A program made the position numbers and the translations under genes. 64,000 nt of DNA from contig CAIKHN010000003.1 in NCBI GenBank assembly GCA_903827265.1, positions 24,392 to 88,391 of the forward strand. The letters run 5' to 3'. Below, piece by piece: positions 48,929-58,583 of the stretch (position 1 is its first letter; each line of letters begins with the position of its first letter). This DNA comes from Candidatus Uhrbacteria bacterium. GTDB taxonomy: Bacteria; Patescibacteriota; Patescibacteriia; UBA9934. The notes below the pieces were generated by a model. It did not search any database. It saw nothing but the letters and a program-made list of their open reading frames with translations, and was not told the origin of the DNA.

Positions 48929-49174
48929 ATGACAACGATTGTAAAAGCTACGAGCAAGGGCCAAGTGACGCTTCCAGCAAAGTGGCGCAGACTTTGTGAA
49001 ACAAATCGATTCACACTTAAGGAGAGTGGTGATTCACTTTTGATCACGCCGTTACATGTTGATGCTTTGGAAGACGAGAAATGGGATACGGTTTTTGATG
49101 CGAAGCGTGACAATGAGGGGAGAGGGATCCCAATTAACGATTTCATCAAGGTGCTGAAGAAGTCCTTGAGGTAG
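48929..49174 (+). CDS. AbrB/MazE/SpoVT-family antitoxin
   Basis: 81 aa with SpoVT-AbrB swapped-hairpin motif KGQVTLPAKWR. It lies 2 nt upstream of the toxin gene. Confidence 0.65.
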   Translation: MTTIVKATSKGQVTLPAKWRRLCETNRFTLKESGDSLLITPLHVDALEDEKWDTVFDAKRDNEGRGIPINDFIKVLKKSLR

Positions 49175-49176
49175 AT

Positions 49177-49416
49177 ATGGATGAAATCGAAAAACTTCTT
49201 CGAAAAATGAAGAAGGCAGATCGCGAGCGATTGATTTCAGTAATGGTGGCCCTGATTGCGGGAGCGACTGAGGGGCTTCACATTAAGAAGCTTTCCGGTT
49301 CGAATTTGTACCGTGTTCGTGTTGGCGACTTCCGGATTGTGTTTTCTATTGATCGCGCAACAAAGAAGATTCTTATCGAATCCGTTCGTTTGCGAAATGA
49401 GGGAACATGTCGATAA
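49177..49416 (+). CDS. RelE/ParE-family toxin
   Basis: 79 aa. LYRVRVGDFRIVFSIDRATKKILIESVRLRNE matches the RelE/ParE C-terminal core. Confidence 0.6.
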   Translation: MDEIEKLLRKMKKADRERLISVMVALIAGATEGLHIKKLSGSNLYRVRVGDFRIVFSIDRATKKILIESVRLRNEGTCR

Positions 49417-49419
49417 CTT

Positions 49420-50529
49420 TTGAATATGAAACTTCCTCTTCTCACTTTCACATCTACGCTGTATTCGGATATCGACCTCTCGAACGTGACGATCGTCGCC
49501 TGTCAGCATATTCTTGGCACGACGGTCGATCTTTTTGGGACGCTTTTTGCGAAGGGCTTGAAACCTGAAAACTGTTATGTTTTGGGAAAATGCTATTCAA
49601 CACATTGGGGAACGCTGAATGGACTTCGGAAGATGGGAATAAAAGTTTCGGATCTCAGCGCCGCGTTTGACGGGGCTAGGAGTTACGATGAACAGTTTTC
49701 GGAGTATGTGAAACGATTCGCTGATGACGCGAAGGCAGACGGTGCTTTTGACCCGAGTCGGAAAACCATTGTTCTTGATGACGGAGGATTTCTTCTTCGA
49801 TACGTTCAGGACCATATCGAGGAGGGCGTTCGTATTTCTGGAGTTGAACAGACAACCTCCGGTTTTGAGAAGATCAAGAGTGAGGGATTGCGGTTCGGAG
49901 TGATAAATGTTGCTCGATCAAGAGCGAAGCTTGGAATCGAGTCTCCGTTTATCGCGGAAGGCGTGATTCACGAGATGGAAAAGAGAATGAGGATCGATGC
50001 CGGAACTCGAGTTTTTATTGTTGGTCAAGGCGCGATTGGTCGAGCGATTAAGGCCCTTCTTAAGGATCGATGTAGCGTCTCCGGTTGCGACTCCGATGAA
50101 GGACTGTGCGATTTTGGGGGACAATACCATGATCAAATTCCGACATTCGATGTCATCATCGGAACAACGGGGAAGTCCATTCTGCGAATCGCTGATCTCC
50201 CGAGTCTGAAGAAAGGAGCTGTGCTTGTGAGTGCATCGTCTTCCGATCGAGAGTTTTCGGCTGTAGAAATGCGCGTTGCTTCCGGTGCCACCGACGATTG
50301 TCACTCCGATATTGAAGTTGAGGGTATACGTCTGCTCAATGGCGGCTTTCCTGTGAACTTTGCAGGGCAAGAAGATCCAACGCCACCGGAAAAGATTCAG
50401 CTCACTCGTGCGCTGTTGTTTGCCGGGGTCTGCGAAGCTTCGCAATCAATACCGCCGGGATTCCACGACCTCTCCGACACACAAGATCGTGTTGCGGAAG
50501 AATTTCTTAGTTATTCCAAATCTCGTTGA
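49420..50529 (+). CDS. Divergent S-adenosyl-L-homocysteine hydrolase-like NAD-binding protein
   Basis: The N-terminus ACQHILGTTVDLFGTLFAKGLKPENCYVLGKCYSTH aligns to the SAHH pattern GCLHMTIQTAVLIETL...CNIFSTQDH. Rossmann motif IVGQGAIGRAIKAL. At 369 aa it is shorter than canonical AhcY. Confidence 0.4.
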   Translation: MNMKLPLLTFTSTLYSDIDLSNVTIVACQHILGTTVDLFGTLFAKGLKPENCYVLGKCYSTHWGTLNGLRKMGIKVSDLSAAFDGARSYDEQFSEYVKRFADDAKADGAFDPSRKTIVLDDGGFLLRYVQDHIEEGVRISGVEQTTSGFEKIKSEGLRFGVINVARSRAKLGIESPFIAEGVIHEMEKRMRIDAGTRVFIVGQGAIGRAIKALLKDRCSVSGCDSDEGLCDFGGQYHDQIPTFDVIIGTTGKSILRIADLPSLKKGAVLVSASSSDREFSAVEMRVASGATDDCHSDIEVEGIRLLNGGFPVNFAGQEDPTPPEKIQLTRALLFAGVCEASQSIPPGFHDLSDTQDRVAEEFLSYSKSR

Positions 50530-50948
50530 ATTGCGCGGTCCAGATCTCGCATTTTGATCGTTTCTCGTTTCTCGTACTTTCTCTTTCCTCGCGCCAACGC
50601 AATTTCGAGCTTTACTCTATTTCGAGTCACGAACAATGCGATTGGCACAATGGTGAGGCGGTCGGCCTCGCGCTTCGCTCGAAGATAATCGATTTGGCGT
50701 TTGTGGAGGAGGAGCTTTCGAGTGCGAGTTGGGTCGTCGGAATCTTTTGCTGGAGCTTTCGCGTATTGCCCAATGTGCATGTTGGTGACGTAGGCTTCGT
50801 CGTTGCGCACTGTCACGAATGCACCTTTTAAATTGACGCTCCCAGCTTTCGCGGCTTTTGTTTCTGCGCCAGTGAGCACTAATCCTGCCTCGAATTTCTC
50901 GAGGATCTCGTAGTCGTGGAAGGCTTTTTTGTTCTGTGCAAGACTCAT
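50511..50948 (-). CDS. smpB: SsrA-binding protein SmpB
   Basis: 145 aa. NKKAFHDYEILEKFEAGLVLTGAE..., and a basic C-terminal tail. Confidence 0.85.
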   Translation of the reverse strand: MSLAQNKKAFHDYEILEKFEAGLVLTGAETKAAKAGSVNLKGAFVTVRNDEAYVTNMHIGQYAKAPAKDSDDPTRTRKLLLHKRQIDYLRAKREADRLTIVPIALFVTRNRVKLEIALARGKRKYEKRETIKMRDLDRAIQRDLE

Positions 50949-50983
50949 ATCGTTGTGAGATCATGATACACTAATGGTGATTT

Positions 50984-52033
50984 ATGACCACACGCAAAAT
51001 TGACGGAACGCCGGGGGTGAAGTCTATCGCTATTTCGAGCGGAACCATGTTTCGTGTTGTCATTATTGCTGCCGTTGCGGCGTTCCTGTACATGATTCGT
51101 GACGTTGTTGCTATGACGTTGGTTGCGGCGTTCCTTGCTTCGCTTATCGATCCATTTGCGGACATGTTTACACGATGGAGGATTCCACGCGCGCTTGCGG
51201 TGCTCGTGGTGTACGTTCTTGGTTTGGCGTTTTTTGTGCTGGTCACGCTCCTTATTGTTCCTCCGCTTCTGACGGAATTAAGCGAGCTTGCAACAGCGCT
51301 TTCACCGTTCATTGCTGGTGCAAGTGGATGGACGCAAGTAGATACGTTTTTTGCGGGCGTATGGAGCTCGAATATTGGCAGCATTATTTCGACGGTGCGC
51401 GACAGTGGAATTGTTGGTGCGTTTCCAAAAATCGCTGCAGTTGGTTCGTCGGCATTCGATGCCGCGTTGAGCGTTGGTGTTGTTCTCATTTTGGCGTTTT
51501 ACTTTGTTGTTGAGAAAAACGAGATGATTCGCGGCATTGGCATTGTTGCGCCGGCCGAGTATCAGCCGTTTGTGATGCACATTGCGCTGAAGGCTCGAGA
51601 GCAGATGGGAGTCTGGCTTCGTGGACAGCTTGCACTCATGGGATCAATCTTCGTGCTTATTTACGGTGCGCTTACGATTCTTGGCATTCCATACGCACTT
51701 GTTCTTGCGTTGCTCGCGGGCCTTTTAGAAATTATTCCGTTCGTTGGGCCAATGGTGTCGGCAATTCCTGCAATTGTTCTTGCGCTTGCGGTGTCGCCGC
51801 TTCATGCATTACTCACTGCACTTGCGTATTTAGTCATTCAACAGATTGAGGGGAATATTCTTGTGCCAAAAATCATGCAAAAGGTTGCGGGTATTAATCC
51901 TATCGTGAGCGTTCTTGCGGTCTTGATTGGCTGGCGTGTGGGCGGTATCGTGGGCGCGGTACTTTCGATTCCACTTGCAATGGCGGTTATGGTCTTTACA
52001 CACGATGTGTTTCATCCTAAAGAATCTCTATGA
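50984..52033 (+). CDS. AI-2E family transporter (PerM/UPF0118)
   Basis: 349 aa, 8 TMs. Conserved IQQIEGNILVPKIMQK motif. Confidence 0.7.
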   Translation: MTTRKIDGTPGVKSIAISSGTMFRVVIIAAVAAFLYMIRDVVAMTLVAAFLASLIDPFADMFTRWRIPRALAVLVVYVLGLAFFVLVTLLIVPPLLTELSELATALSPFIAGASGWTQVDTFFAGVWSSNIGSIISTVRDSGIVGAFPKIAAVGSSAFDAALSVGVVLILAFYFVVEKNEMIRGIGIVAPAEYQPFVMHIALKAREQMGVWLRGQLALMGSIFVLIYGALTILGIPYALVLALLAGLLEIIPFVGPMVSAIPAIVLALAVSPLHALLTALAYLVIQQIEGNILVPKIMQKVAGINPIVSVLAVLIGWRVGGIVGAVLSIPLAMAVMVFTHDVFHPKESL

Positions 52034-52431
52034 GTGACAACGACGTATCGCAGCGAAATTGGTTTCCGGTGATTGTTGGAGGATTAACGATTGTTCTTGC
52101 AATTGCATTTTATGCAAAGTTCCGTCCTGAAGATTTTTCAGGATTCATGCATCGCGACGTTGATGATCGATCGTCTGCGGAGTTGGTAGTGAATGAAGAT
52201 GGATATATCGCTGCCGTGAAAACGATCTTTACTGCCTACGACGCAAGTAAGAATGCGGGCGAGGCATACGATACGCTCATCCAGCTTCACGCTCCTGCGT
52301 CAATGAAACAGTTTCACATTGATTGCATTATTGCGTTAGGAAAACTTGTTGAAGGCGGCGCCACAAACACTGATGACGCGACGGCTCGATTCAATGCTAT
52401 TCACGCACAATACTCTTGGTTTAGCCTGTGA
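52030..52431 (+). CDS. Hypothetical membrane-anchored protein
   Basis: 133 aa with one N-terminal TM. Start overlaps upstream stop. Confidence 0.4.
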   Translation: MSDNDVSQRNWFPVIVGGLTIVLAIAFYAKFRPEDFSGFMHRDVDDRSSAELVVNEDGYIAAVKTIFTAYDASKNAGEAYDTLIQLHAPASMKQFHIDCIIALGKLVEGGATNTDDATARFNAIHAQYSWFSL

Positions 52432-53192
52432 TCCTTCTTCATCGCATCACACCGTTCGGCATTGCGTTCGTGAGTATCGCGTCGTTTGCGTCGCTGATTG
52501 CTTCGCCGTTCTTTGGTATGAAGTTATTAGTTCCAGCGATTGCGATTCTGGCGTTTTCATTTGCGCGATTGTTGTTATGGGAATTTCGTCGACCAGCATT
52601 TTGGGTGTTTTTAGGGACACCGATGTTGTTGTGGTGTTCGTCGCTGATTTTCTTTTTCTTTCTTGAAGACCCTGTAAGTAAATGGATTATCGCAACGACT
52701 GTGACGTTTGCAGTTGCGTTGTATGCCGAGAATGTCTTTACGTTTTATCATTTGCCGAGCGCATATCAGGCGTACGCTCTTGAGAATCTTTCTTTGGTGC
52801 TGTACGTGCTGAGCGCATTTTTCTTTACGAGTGGAGCGTTCGGTGCGCAGTTATTCTTGCTGTTGCCGGTATGGATTCCGATGCTTGTCGTGTGTGTTGC
52901 GGTGCTTCTTGCGACGGTTGCGGTGTTTTGGGTGAGTAAAATTGGATTTGAAACCGGGCGACCTTATGCGATTGTTGGCTCGATACTTATGGCCGAGTTG
53001 TACGGCGTGCTCTCGACGTGGCCAACAAGTTTTGTGACGAACGCGGCAACATTTGCGGTGTTGCTGTATGCGTTTCTTGTTCTTTCTCGCGCGAACGTTC
53101 TTGAGCGACTTACCAAAAAGTCTGTCATGCGGTCCGTGGCGTTTGTTGCTGTCCTTTTGATTATTATTCTCGGCTCTGCACGCTGGCTCTAA
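52428..53192 (+). CDS. Hypothetical polytopic membrane protein
   Basis: 254 aa, about 8 TMs. Start overlaps upstream stop. Confidence 0.4.
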   Translation: MILLHRITPFGIAFVSIASFASLIASPFFGMKLLVPAIAILAFSFARLLLWEFRRPAFWVFLGTPMLLWCSSLIFFFFLEDPVSKWIIATTVTFAVALYAENVFTFYHLPSAYQAYALENLSLVLYVLSAFFFTSGAFGAQLFLLLPVWIPMLVVCVAVLLATVAVFWVSKIGFETGRPYAIVGSILMAELYGVLSTWPTSFVTNAATFAVLLYAFLVLSRANVLERLTKKSVMRSVAFVAVLLIIILGSARWL

Positions 53193-53201
53193 TATTTTTC
53201 T

Positions 53202-54335
53202 ATGAACACCCCTTCGCACTATTGGTGGAACATGAGCAAGCTGTTACTCCTTGGCCTCACTGCGGGAGCAGGAGCAGGGATTGTTGCTGCGGTATGGACG
53301 TCGCGAGCGTTGGACGATTACGCCGCGTCGCTGCTCGCCGATCGTCAGTTACCGCAAGTTTCAACGGAGCATCCAACGCCAATTCCGGGAACGTATGAAG
53401 AAGCGCTTTCTCGAGTTCGCGAGAACGCAAAAACAGGAATCGCAACACTCATGCAGACGTCGACAGATAGTTTTGCGGCAAAAGCGTGGCTTACAGGCGA
53501 TAACGCTTTTGGATACGGCGCTGTTGTTAGTGACGACGGATGGGTTGCGGTTGATCGAAGCGTGCTTGAAGACGTCAAAAATCCACTGAAGGACGTTGAG
53601 GTGTGGATTGGTGGAAAACGATACACGGTACTTGCGGTTGTGAATGCTTCGCAGACGAGCGTTGCCATGATTCATACGAGCGCGACTGGCGTTGCGCCAC
53701 TTGGGTTTGCTGCGGCGAATGCGGTGCGTTCTGGTGAAATGATGTTTGCGGTTGACGGTGCTGGGGGAGTGTTACCAACAGCGGTTGCGGAGAGTGAGGC
53801 TGAAGTATTTTCCGGTGCACAGAACGCGGAAACATTCGCAACAGACTGGCTTCTTTCGTCGTCGGCGTTTGTGCGTTCCGGTCCGTTGTTGAATTCCGCC
53901 GGAGAACTTTCCGGGTTTGTTCGTGCATCAGATGGTCATGCGGTGCCGCTGCATCATGCGCTTCATGCGATTCGTACCATTGTGAAAACTGGAATTGATG
54001 CGGTGCCGCTGTTTGGCGCATATACCGTCGATCTTGCTCGTGCGTATAATATTGATGCTGATCTACGCCAAGGATTGCGCGCTGGAGCATTGGTGTTTCA
54101 TCCTGATCCATCGATGCATGCAACGGTGCGCGGTGGGCCTGCGTCAGAGGCGGGTTTTGCAAGCAAGGATATTATTCTCGCAGTCGATGGGGAATCGGTT
54201 ACGGACGCAACGTCGCTGTCGGAAATTCTTGCTGAGTATGATCCGGGAGATGTCGCACGCTGCACCGTGCTTCGCGCTGGCCAAACGATGACGATTTCCG
54301 TAACGCTGAGCGATATATCGAAGCTGGTATACTAA
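53202..54335 (+). CDS. PDZ-domain protein with trypsin-like (HtrA/S1C-like) N-terminal domain
   Basis: 377 aa with an N-terminal TM. C-terminal PDZ (GLRAGALVFH...DIILAVDGESVTD...). I could not fully confirm the catalytic triad. Confidence 0.5.
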   Translation: MNTPSHYWWNMSKLLLLGLTAGAGAGIVAAVWTSRALDDYAASLLADRQLPQVSTEHPTPIPGTYEEALSRVRENAKTGIATLMQTSTDSFAAKAWLTGDNAFGYGAVVSDDGWVAVDRSVLEDVKNPLKDVEVWIGGKRYTVLAVVNASQTSVAMIHTSATGVAPLGFAAANAVRSGEMMFAVDGAGGVLPTAVAESEAEVFSGAQNAETFATDWLLSSSAFVRSGPLLNSAGELSGFVRASDGHAVPLHHALHAIRTIVKTGIDAVPLFGAYTVDLARAYNIDADLRQGLRAGALVFHPDPSMHATVRGGPASEAGFASKDIILAVDGESVTDATSLSEILAEYDPGDVARCTVLRAGQTMTISVTLSDISKLVY

Positions 54336-54339
54336 CGCT

Positions 54340-54984
54340 ATGGCATACCGATACGCACAACTTTCGCCGTTATTGAGTGGGTGGGTCACTATAGTGCTTG
54401 CTGGAGTGATCGGCATGGCACTTGCGGTTGGCTTGTCGTTTTTGCGTCCACTCGAATACAGCTCGACGACGCAAATTCTCATTACTCAAGAACTCGGTGC
54501 GGTTGATGCGTATACCGCGAGCCGTTCTGCGGAGCGTATTGCTGACGGCTTGGCGAGCGCAGTGTATTACTCAACATTTTTCCAGAAGGTGATGGAGTCC
54601 GGATACGGAATTGATGCAACATATTTTTCCGATGACGCGATAACCCTTCGAAAGCAATGGCAAAAAACAGTAGAGGCAACGGTGTCGCGAAGCAGCGGAT
54701 CGTTATCTATTACCGCGTACCATACCGATGTCGATCAGGCAAAGAAAATCGCGCAAGCTGTTGCGTATGTGTTGACGAACGAAGGATGGACGTACACGTC
54801 TGGTGGAAATATTACGGTGCAAGTTGTCGATGACCCGTTGAACTCTCGATACCCCGTTCGTCCGAATTTATTGGTGAACGGATGTTCTGGTTTGGCGCTT
54901 GGTCTTCTTGGTGGCGCCGGATACATCATGATCGCCGCAGAACGCACACGTCGCCGACATCAGTTTATGCATGACGAGGATTAA
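54340..54984 (+). CDS. Wzz/chain-length-determinant-like membrane protein
   Basis: 214 aa. TMs at both the N- and C-terminus with a periplasmic alpha/beta region between them. Ends in GCSGLALGLLGGAGY. Confidence 0.35.
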   Translation: MAYRYAQLSPLLSGWVTIVLAGVIGMALAVGLSFLRPLEYSSTTQILITQELGAVDAYTASRSAERIADGLASAVYYSTFFQKVMESGYGIDATYFSDDAITLRKQWQKTVEATVSRSSGSLSITAYHTDVDQAKKIAQAVAYVLTNEGWTYTSGGNITVQVVDDPLNSRYPVRPNLLVNGCSGLALGLLGGAGYIMIAAERTRRRHQFMHDED

Positions 54985-55801
54985 ACCTCTCCCCCTTACG
55001 AAGGGGGAGTCGGATGGGGTCCTTGAACTAATTCTTGGAAGGGGGGGTGCGGGAGGGACGAAAACGTTGGGAGAGTATGGGTGTTTGATTTTAAAAGGGG
55101 TGTTTTGTTAACGCAACTCATTTGCATTAAGGAATCGCTGGTTGGTTTTGGTGACGTGCAAGGAAGCTGATGGCGCTGTACGCAATTACCGATGATGTAT
55201 TTTTGAGTTTGAAGCGATCATTTCTGAATTTCCGATTCAGATCGCGTTGTGACGCGAAGTTTAAAAGGGTCAAAAAACGACAGTAGTGTTTCAAAATGAG
55301 GATACCGACCCGGACGATTCACCTCCCCCCGACCCCCTCCTTCGTAAGGAGGGGGAGATTCTTAGTGAATCAGGGGTCCCTGTTGATAGATTCTTGACGC
55401 TTGCGTCTGCTTTTGGTTCCCTTTGCTCACGAAAACCCCTTGAGGGGACCCTACGGAACGGTTGTGACGCCTCCTCCTCGTTGCAATTTGTCACCATAGG
55501 GTCTCCTGAGGGGGTTTTATTTTGGCCATTTTCGGCTTGCTGCGTCGCAAATTCGCGCGACGTACCGAGAAGTACGCCTTGCGAATTATTTCTCTAATCT
55601 TAATAAACACTTGACTTTTTTGGTGTTTTTTGGTATGATGATCTGTCCTTGAATAAAGGATTCCGAGTGGAAAGGGCCTGTATGTAGTAGCTTTCTGTTC
55701 TTCAGTAGTTTGGTGTTCTGGGTGCTCCCTCCAGCATCCGGTTGACGCCAAACTTCTGAAGCGCAGAATCCTCTGCGCCAGCGCTCACCCTCGGAGTAAC
55801 C

Positions 55802-56719
55802 ATGCTCGCCCTTTTCCTCTCGACCGCTCTCGCCGATGACGCCGCCGTCACCACCCCCGATCCGACCGACCCCACGGCGCAGACCACGGCCCTCTCGGGC
55901 CCGGCCTTGACATGGTACGTCCAGAAGGCGGAGGAGAAGCCGGCGTGTCCGGCCCCGGCGCCCGTTGTTAAGCACCACAAGCGCAAGCACGTGGTGGCCT
56001 CGACTCCCGTGGCCCCGGTGTCCGACCCGGTCCTGCCCGTCGTGAAGCCCGATCCGATCCCTCCGGTTCCCGTGACCCCCGCGGTCACGCCGGCCACCGA
56101 GAACGACGACAGCGACCTCGCCGTCAAGTTCTCGGAGGACTGGGAAGAACTCGATCACTTCGGTGACAACGAGAAGGAGGAGGCCTCCGAGCCCCCGCCG
56201 GCCGAGCGCGAAGAACCCACGTTCTCCCCGAACCGAGCCCAGCTCGGCATCGGGGCGATGGTGGTCATCGCGCCGCCGCTGCCTTCGGCGCAAGCCTGGG
56301 CCGCGGACCAGCTCAATGCCTTCGGGCGGTACGAGTTCGGCGTCAGCAACGGCTTCTCGGTGGGGTTCGAAGCGATGGCTGGCTACGGCATCAGCGCGGA
56401 CGCCACGAGCTTCCGCGCCGCCCCCGTCCTCGCCTGGGACATCGGACCCCGCACCGGCCTCACGGTCGGCGCAGGGCCTTCGGTCCTGTGCGAGCGTGCT
56501 TTCACCGCTGGGCCTCTCTGCTCGGTCACCCGCACGGGTGGCTTCGCCGAGATGGGCATCTCCGTCCAGGCGGCCGGCCCCGTCGGCCTCGAGTTCCTCC
56601 TCGGTGGCGGCTACGACGTCATCGAAAGCGTGAAAGATGGACCCGGCGCGATCGGCAACGGCTACGCGGGGATGCGGCTCTTCTTCGGGAGGGTCGGCAC
56701 CGGCGAAACCGTGGAGTGA
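55802..56719 (+). CDS. Secreted protein with Pro-rich linker and beta-barrel-like C-terminal domain (high-GC segment)
   Basis: Signal peptide MLALFLSTALA. TTGACT-18-TATGAT promoter at 55611-55640 and a GGAG SD. The longer minus-strand ORF is low-complexity antisense. Confidence 0.5.
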   Translation: MLALFLSTALADDAAVTTPDPTDPTAQTTALSGPALTWYVQKAEEKPACPAPAPVVKHHKRKHVVASTPVAPVSDPVLPVVKPDPIPPVPVTPAVTPATENDDSDLAVKFSEDWEELDHFGDNEKEEASEPPPAEREEPTFSPNRAQLGIGAMVVIAPPLPSAQAWAADQLNAFGRYEFGVSNGFSVGFEAMAGYGISADATSFRAAPVLAWDIGPRTGLTVGAGPSVLCERAFTAGPLCSVTRTGGFAEMGISVQAAGPVGLEFLLGGGYDVIESVKDGPGAIGNGYAGMRLFFGRVGTGETVE

Positions 56720-56791
56720 CGCAGTACGGTTCGGCTGGGAGGGAAGAGGGTAAAACCTCGACTCTCCCGGCCGAACGCCCAACCCTACACA

Positions 56792-56820
56792 TTGACATTT
56801 TCCCAAATTTCTGCTATAGT
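56792..56820 (+). promoter_or_regulatory. Consensus sigma70 promoter TTGACA-17-TATAGT (copy 1), followed by a 172-nt conserved leader
   Basis: Exact -35 and -10 hexamers with a 17-nt spacer. It is duplicated at 57681-57709. Confidence 0.6.
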
Positions 56821-56992
56821 ATTTTGTTCACAATTGATGCCTTTTCAAGTCCAGTCCATGCAAGCAGTGAAGCGAAATCTTCACTTCTGTCATGGTCTGG
56901 GTCTTACTCCCGACGCCGCTTAATTCTGAGCGCGTGAGGGGTGTCCCTCGATCAACGTTCTCGTCCGAAACCCCAAGGCCATAGGAGCCATC

Positions 56993-57571
56993 ATGTCCAA
57001 GATCGTCCCGTTCTTCCTCCTCGTCCTCGCCACCGCCTGCACGACCTACACCGACAACCAGGATCAGCCCGGGTTCCAGGACAAGGTCGAGGGCGCGGGG
57101 ATCGTGCCCCCCGACTTCGGCTTCAAGCCCTACGACGACGGCATGTTCCTCTGGTCCAGCCAGAGCGCCCCGGACATCGCGAACCCGAACCAGGTTCTCG
57201 GGACCCGCGGTGCCGATCGCGCCCGCAACTGGGTGTGGGATCGCACGAACGTCAGCATGTTCCCCCTCCTCGAAGGGAGCATGGCGGTGGCCTTCGGTGG
57301 CCAGCTCGCGTTCGACAACACCTACCTCTTCACCTTCGCCGCGGACTACGCGGTGCCGGGTGAGGACGAGGGGTGGGCGATCGACAACGAGAGCACCGAG
57401 GAACAGGAGTACGTCTTCTACCGCTCCGACGAGTGCGGTTACCCGGTGGTGGACATCTGCCTCCACGTCGACAAGGACGGCAAGCCCGGTCCCGACGACT
57501 GCGACGGCATGTACGTCGCCCCCGACCCCTGCCCCAACGGGTACGTCGAGGAGGAAGACACCGGCGAGTGA
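56993..57571 (+). CDS. Lipoprotein (variable-body family, copy 1)
   Basis: MSKIVPFFLLVLATAC lipobox, AGGAG SD, high GC, Cys-rich C-terminus. Confidence 0.6.
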   Translation: MSKIVPFFLLVLATACTTYTDNQDQPGFQDKVEGAGIVPPDFGFKPYDDGMFLWSSQSAPDIANPNQVLGTRGADRARNWVWDRTNVSMFPLLEGSMAVAFGGQLAFDNTYLFTFAADYAVPGEDEGWAIDNESTEEQEYVFYRSDECGYPVVDICLHVDKDGKPGPDDCDGMYVAPDPCPNGYVEEEDTGE

Positions 57572-57680
57572 TCGCCCGGTCGCGTGACCGATTCACGCAC
57601 CTTACGTCCCGGCATTCTTCCAACACACGGTTGGTGAATGTCCGGGGCGTTTGCATTTTGGAAAAACAGCAAGAAACATA

Positions 57681-57709
57681 TTGACATTTCCCCAAATTTC
57701 TGCTATAGT
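57681..57709 (+). promoter_or_regulatory. Consensus sigma70 promoter TTGACA-17-TATAGT (copy 2)
   Basis: Identical hexamers and spacing to copy 1, followed by a 95%-identical leader. Confidence 0.6.
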
Positions 57710-57881
57710 ACTTTGTTCACAACTGATGCCTTTTCAAGTCCAGTCCATACAAGCAGTGAAGCGAAATCTTCACTTCTGTCATGGTCTGGGTTTCACTCCC
57801 GACGTCGCTTAATTCTGAGCGCGTGAGGGGTGTCCCTCGATCAACGTTCTCGTCCGAAACCCCAAGGCCATAGGAGCCATC

Positions 57882-58583
57882 ATGTCCCAGAACCTCGTCC
57901 CGTTCTTCCTCCTCGTCCTCGCCACCGCCTGCTCCATCGACACCGTGCCGCCGACCACCGGTAGCAATGCCGGCGAATCCCAGTACACCTGGGGCACGCC
58001 CGGCACCAGCACCGGCAACAACTCGTCCTCGGACGAGGACACCGGCGAGGCGGCCGACACCGCGGACACCTCCGACACCGGTGACAGCGCCGAGGTGATC
58101 GACACCGCGGACACGGCCGACATCGACACCGGTGTCGAGGCCATCACGGCCACCGTTTACATCTGGCCGAAGGCCAAGTGGAACGAGTCCGTCTCCATGT
58201 CGGGGTGCCCGACCGTGTCCTTCCTCACCCCCGCGAACATCAGCGAGGGCGAAGGGTTCGACGGAACCATCGCCGACACGGATAGCAGCTGCGGCTACGT
58301 CCAGGCCACGATCACCTACATCCCCGGCCAGGTCATCACGACCGAAGCCAAGTGGAATGATGGCGTCCGCGACCGGTTCCTCGCTGAGAAGGGCAACGTG
58401 GTCAACTCGTTGTCCACCGCGGTCCTCATCGGCTACAGCAACGGCTGTCTCGCCGAGTTGGCAATCGACTCCACGGGAACGGACACCGCGGAGGGCAGTG
58501 CCTACTGGCACAGCAACTGGGACAGCTCGGGTGGGGAGCTCTACCTCCACACCCCGACCGACACCAGCGACTGTTCGTTCTAG
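57882..58583 (+). CDS. Lipoprotein (variable-body family, copy 2) with DTADTxDTGD repeats
   Basis: MSQNLVPFFLLVLATAC shares its signal peptide with copy 1. The mature domain is unrelated. Confidence 0.6.
   Translation: MSQNLVPFFLLVLATACSIDTVPPTTGSNAGESQYTWGTPGTSTGNNSSSDEDTGEAADTADTSDTGDSAEVIDTADTADIDTGVEAITATVYIWPKAKWNESVSMSGCPTVSFLTPANISEGEGFDGTIADTDSSCGYVQATITYIPGQVITTEAKWNDGVRDRFLAEKGNVVNSLSTAVLIGYSNGCLAELAIDSTGTDTAEGSAYWHSNWDSSGGELYLHTPTDTSDCSF

Noticed and set aside
48606-48964. Two minus-strand ORFs (81 and 85 aa)
   Set aside because: They overlap the tmRNA gene, including its tRNA-like 3' domain. No translation signals.
55586-56806. 406-aa minus-strand ORF in the high-GC segment
   Set aside because: It is low-complexity Arg/Gly-rich antisense translation of the plus-strand 55802-56719 gene. 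Long ORFs in all frames are expected at about 68% GC, and there is no promoter or SD.
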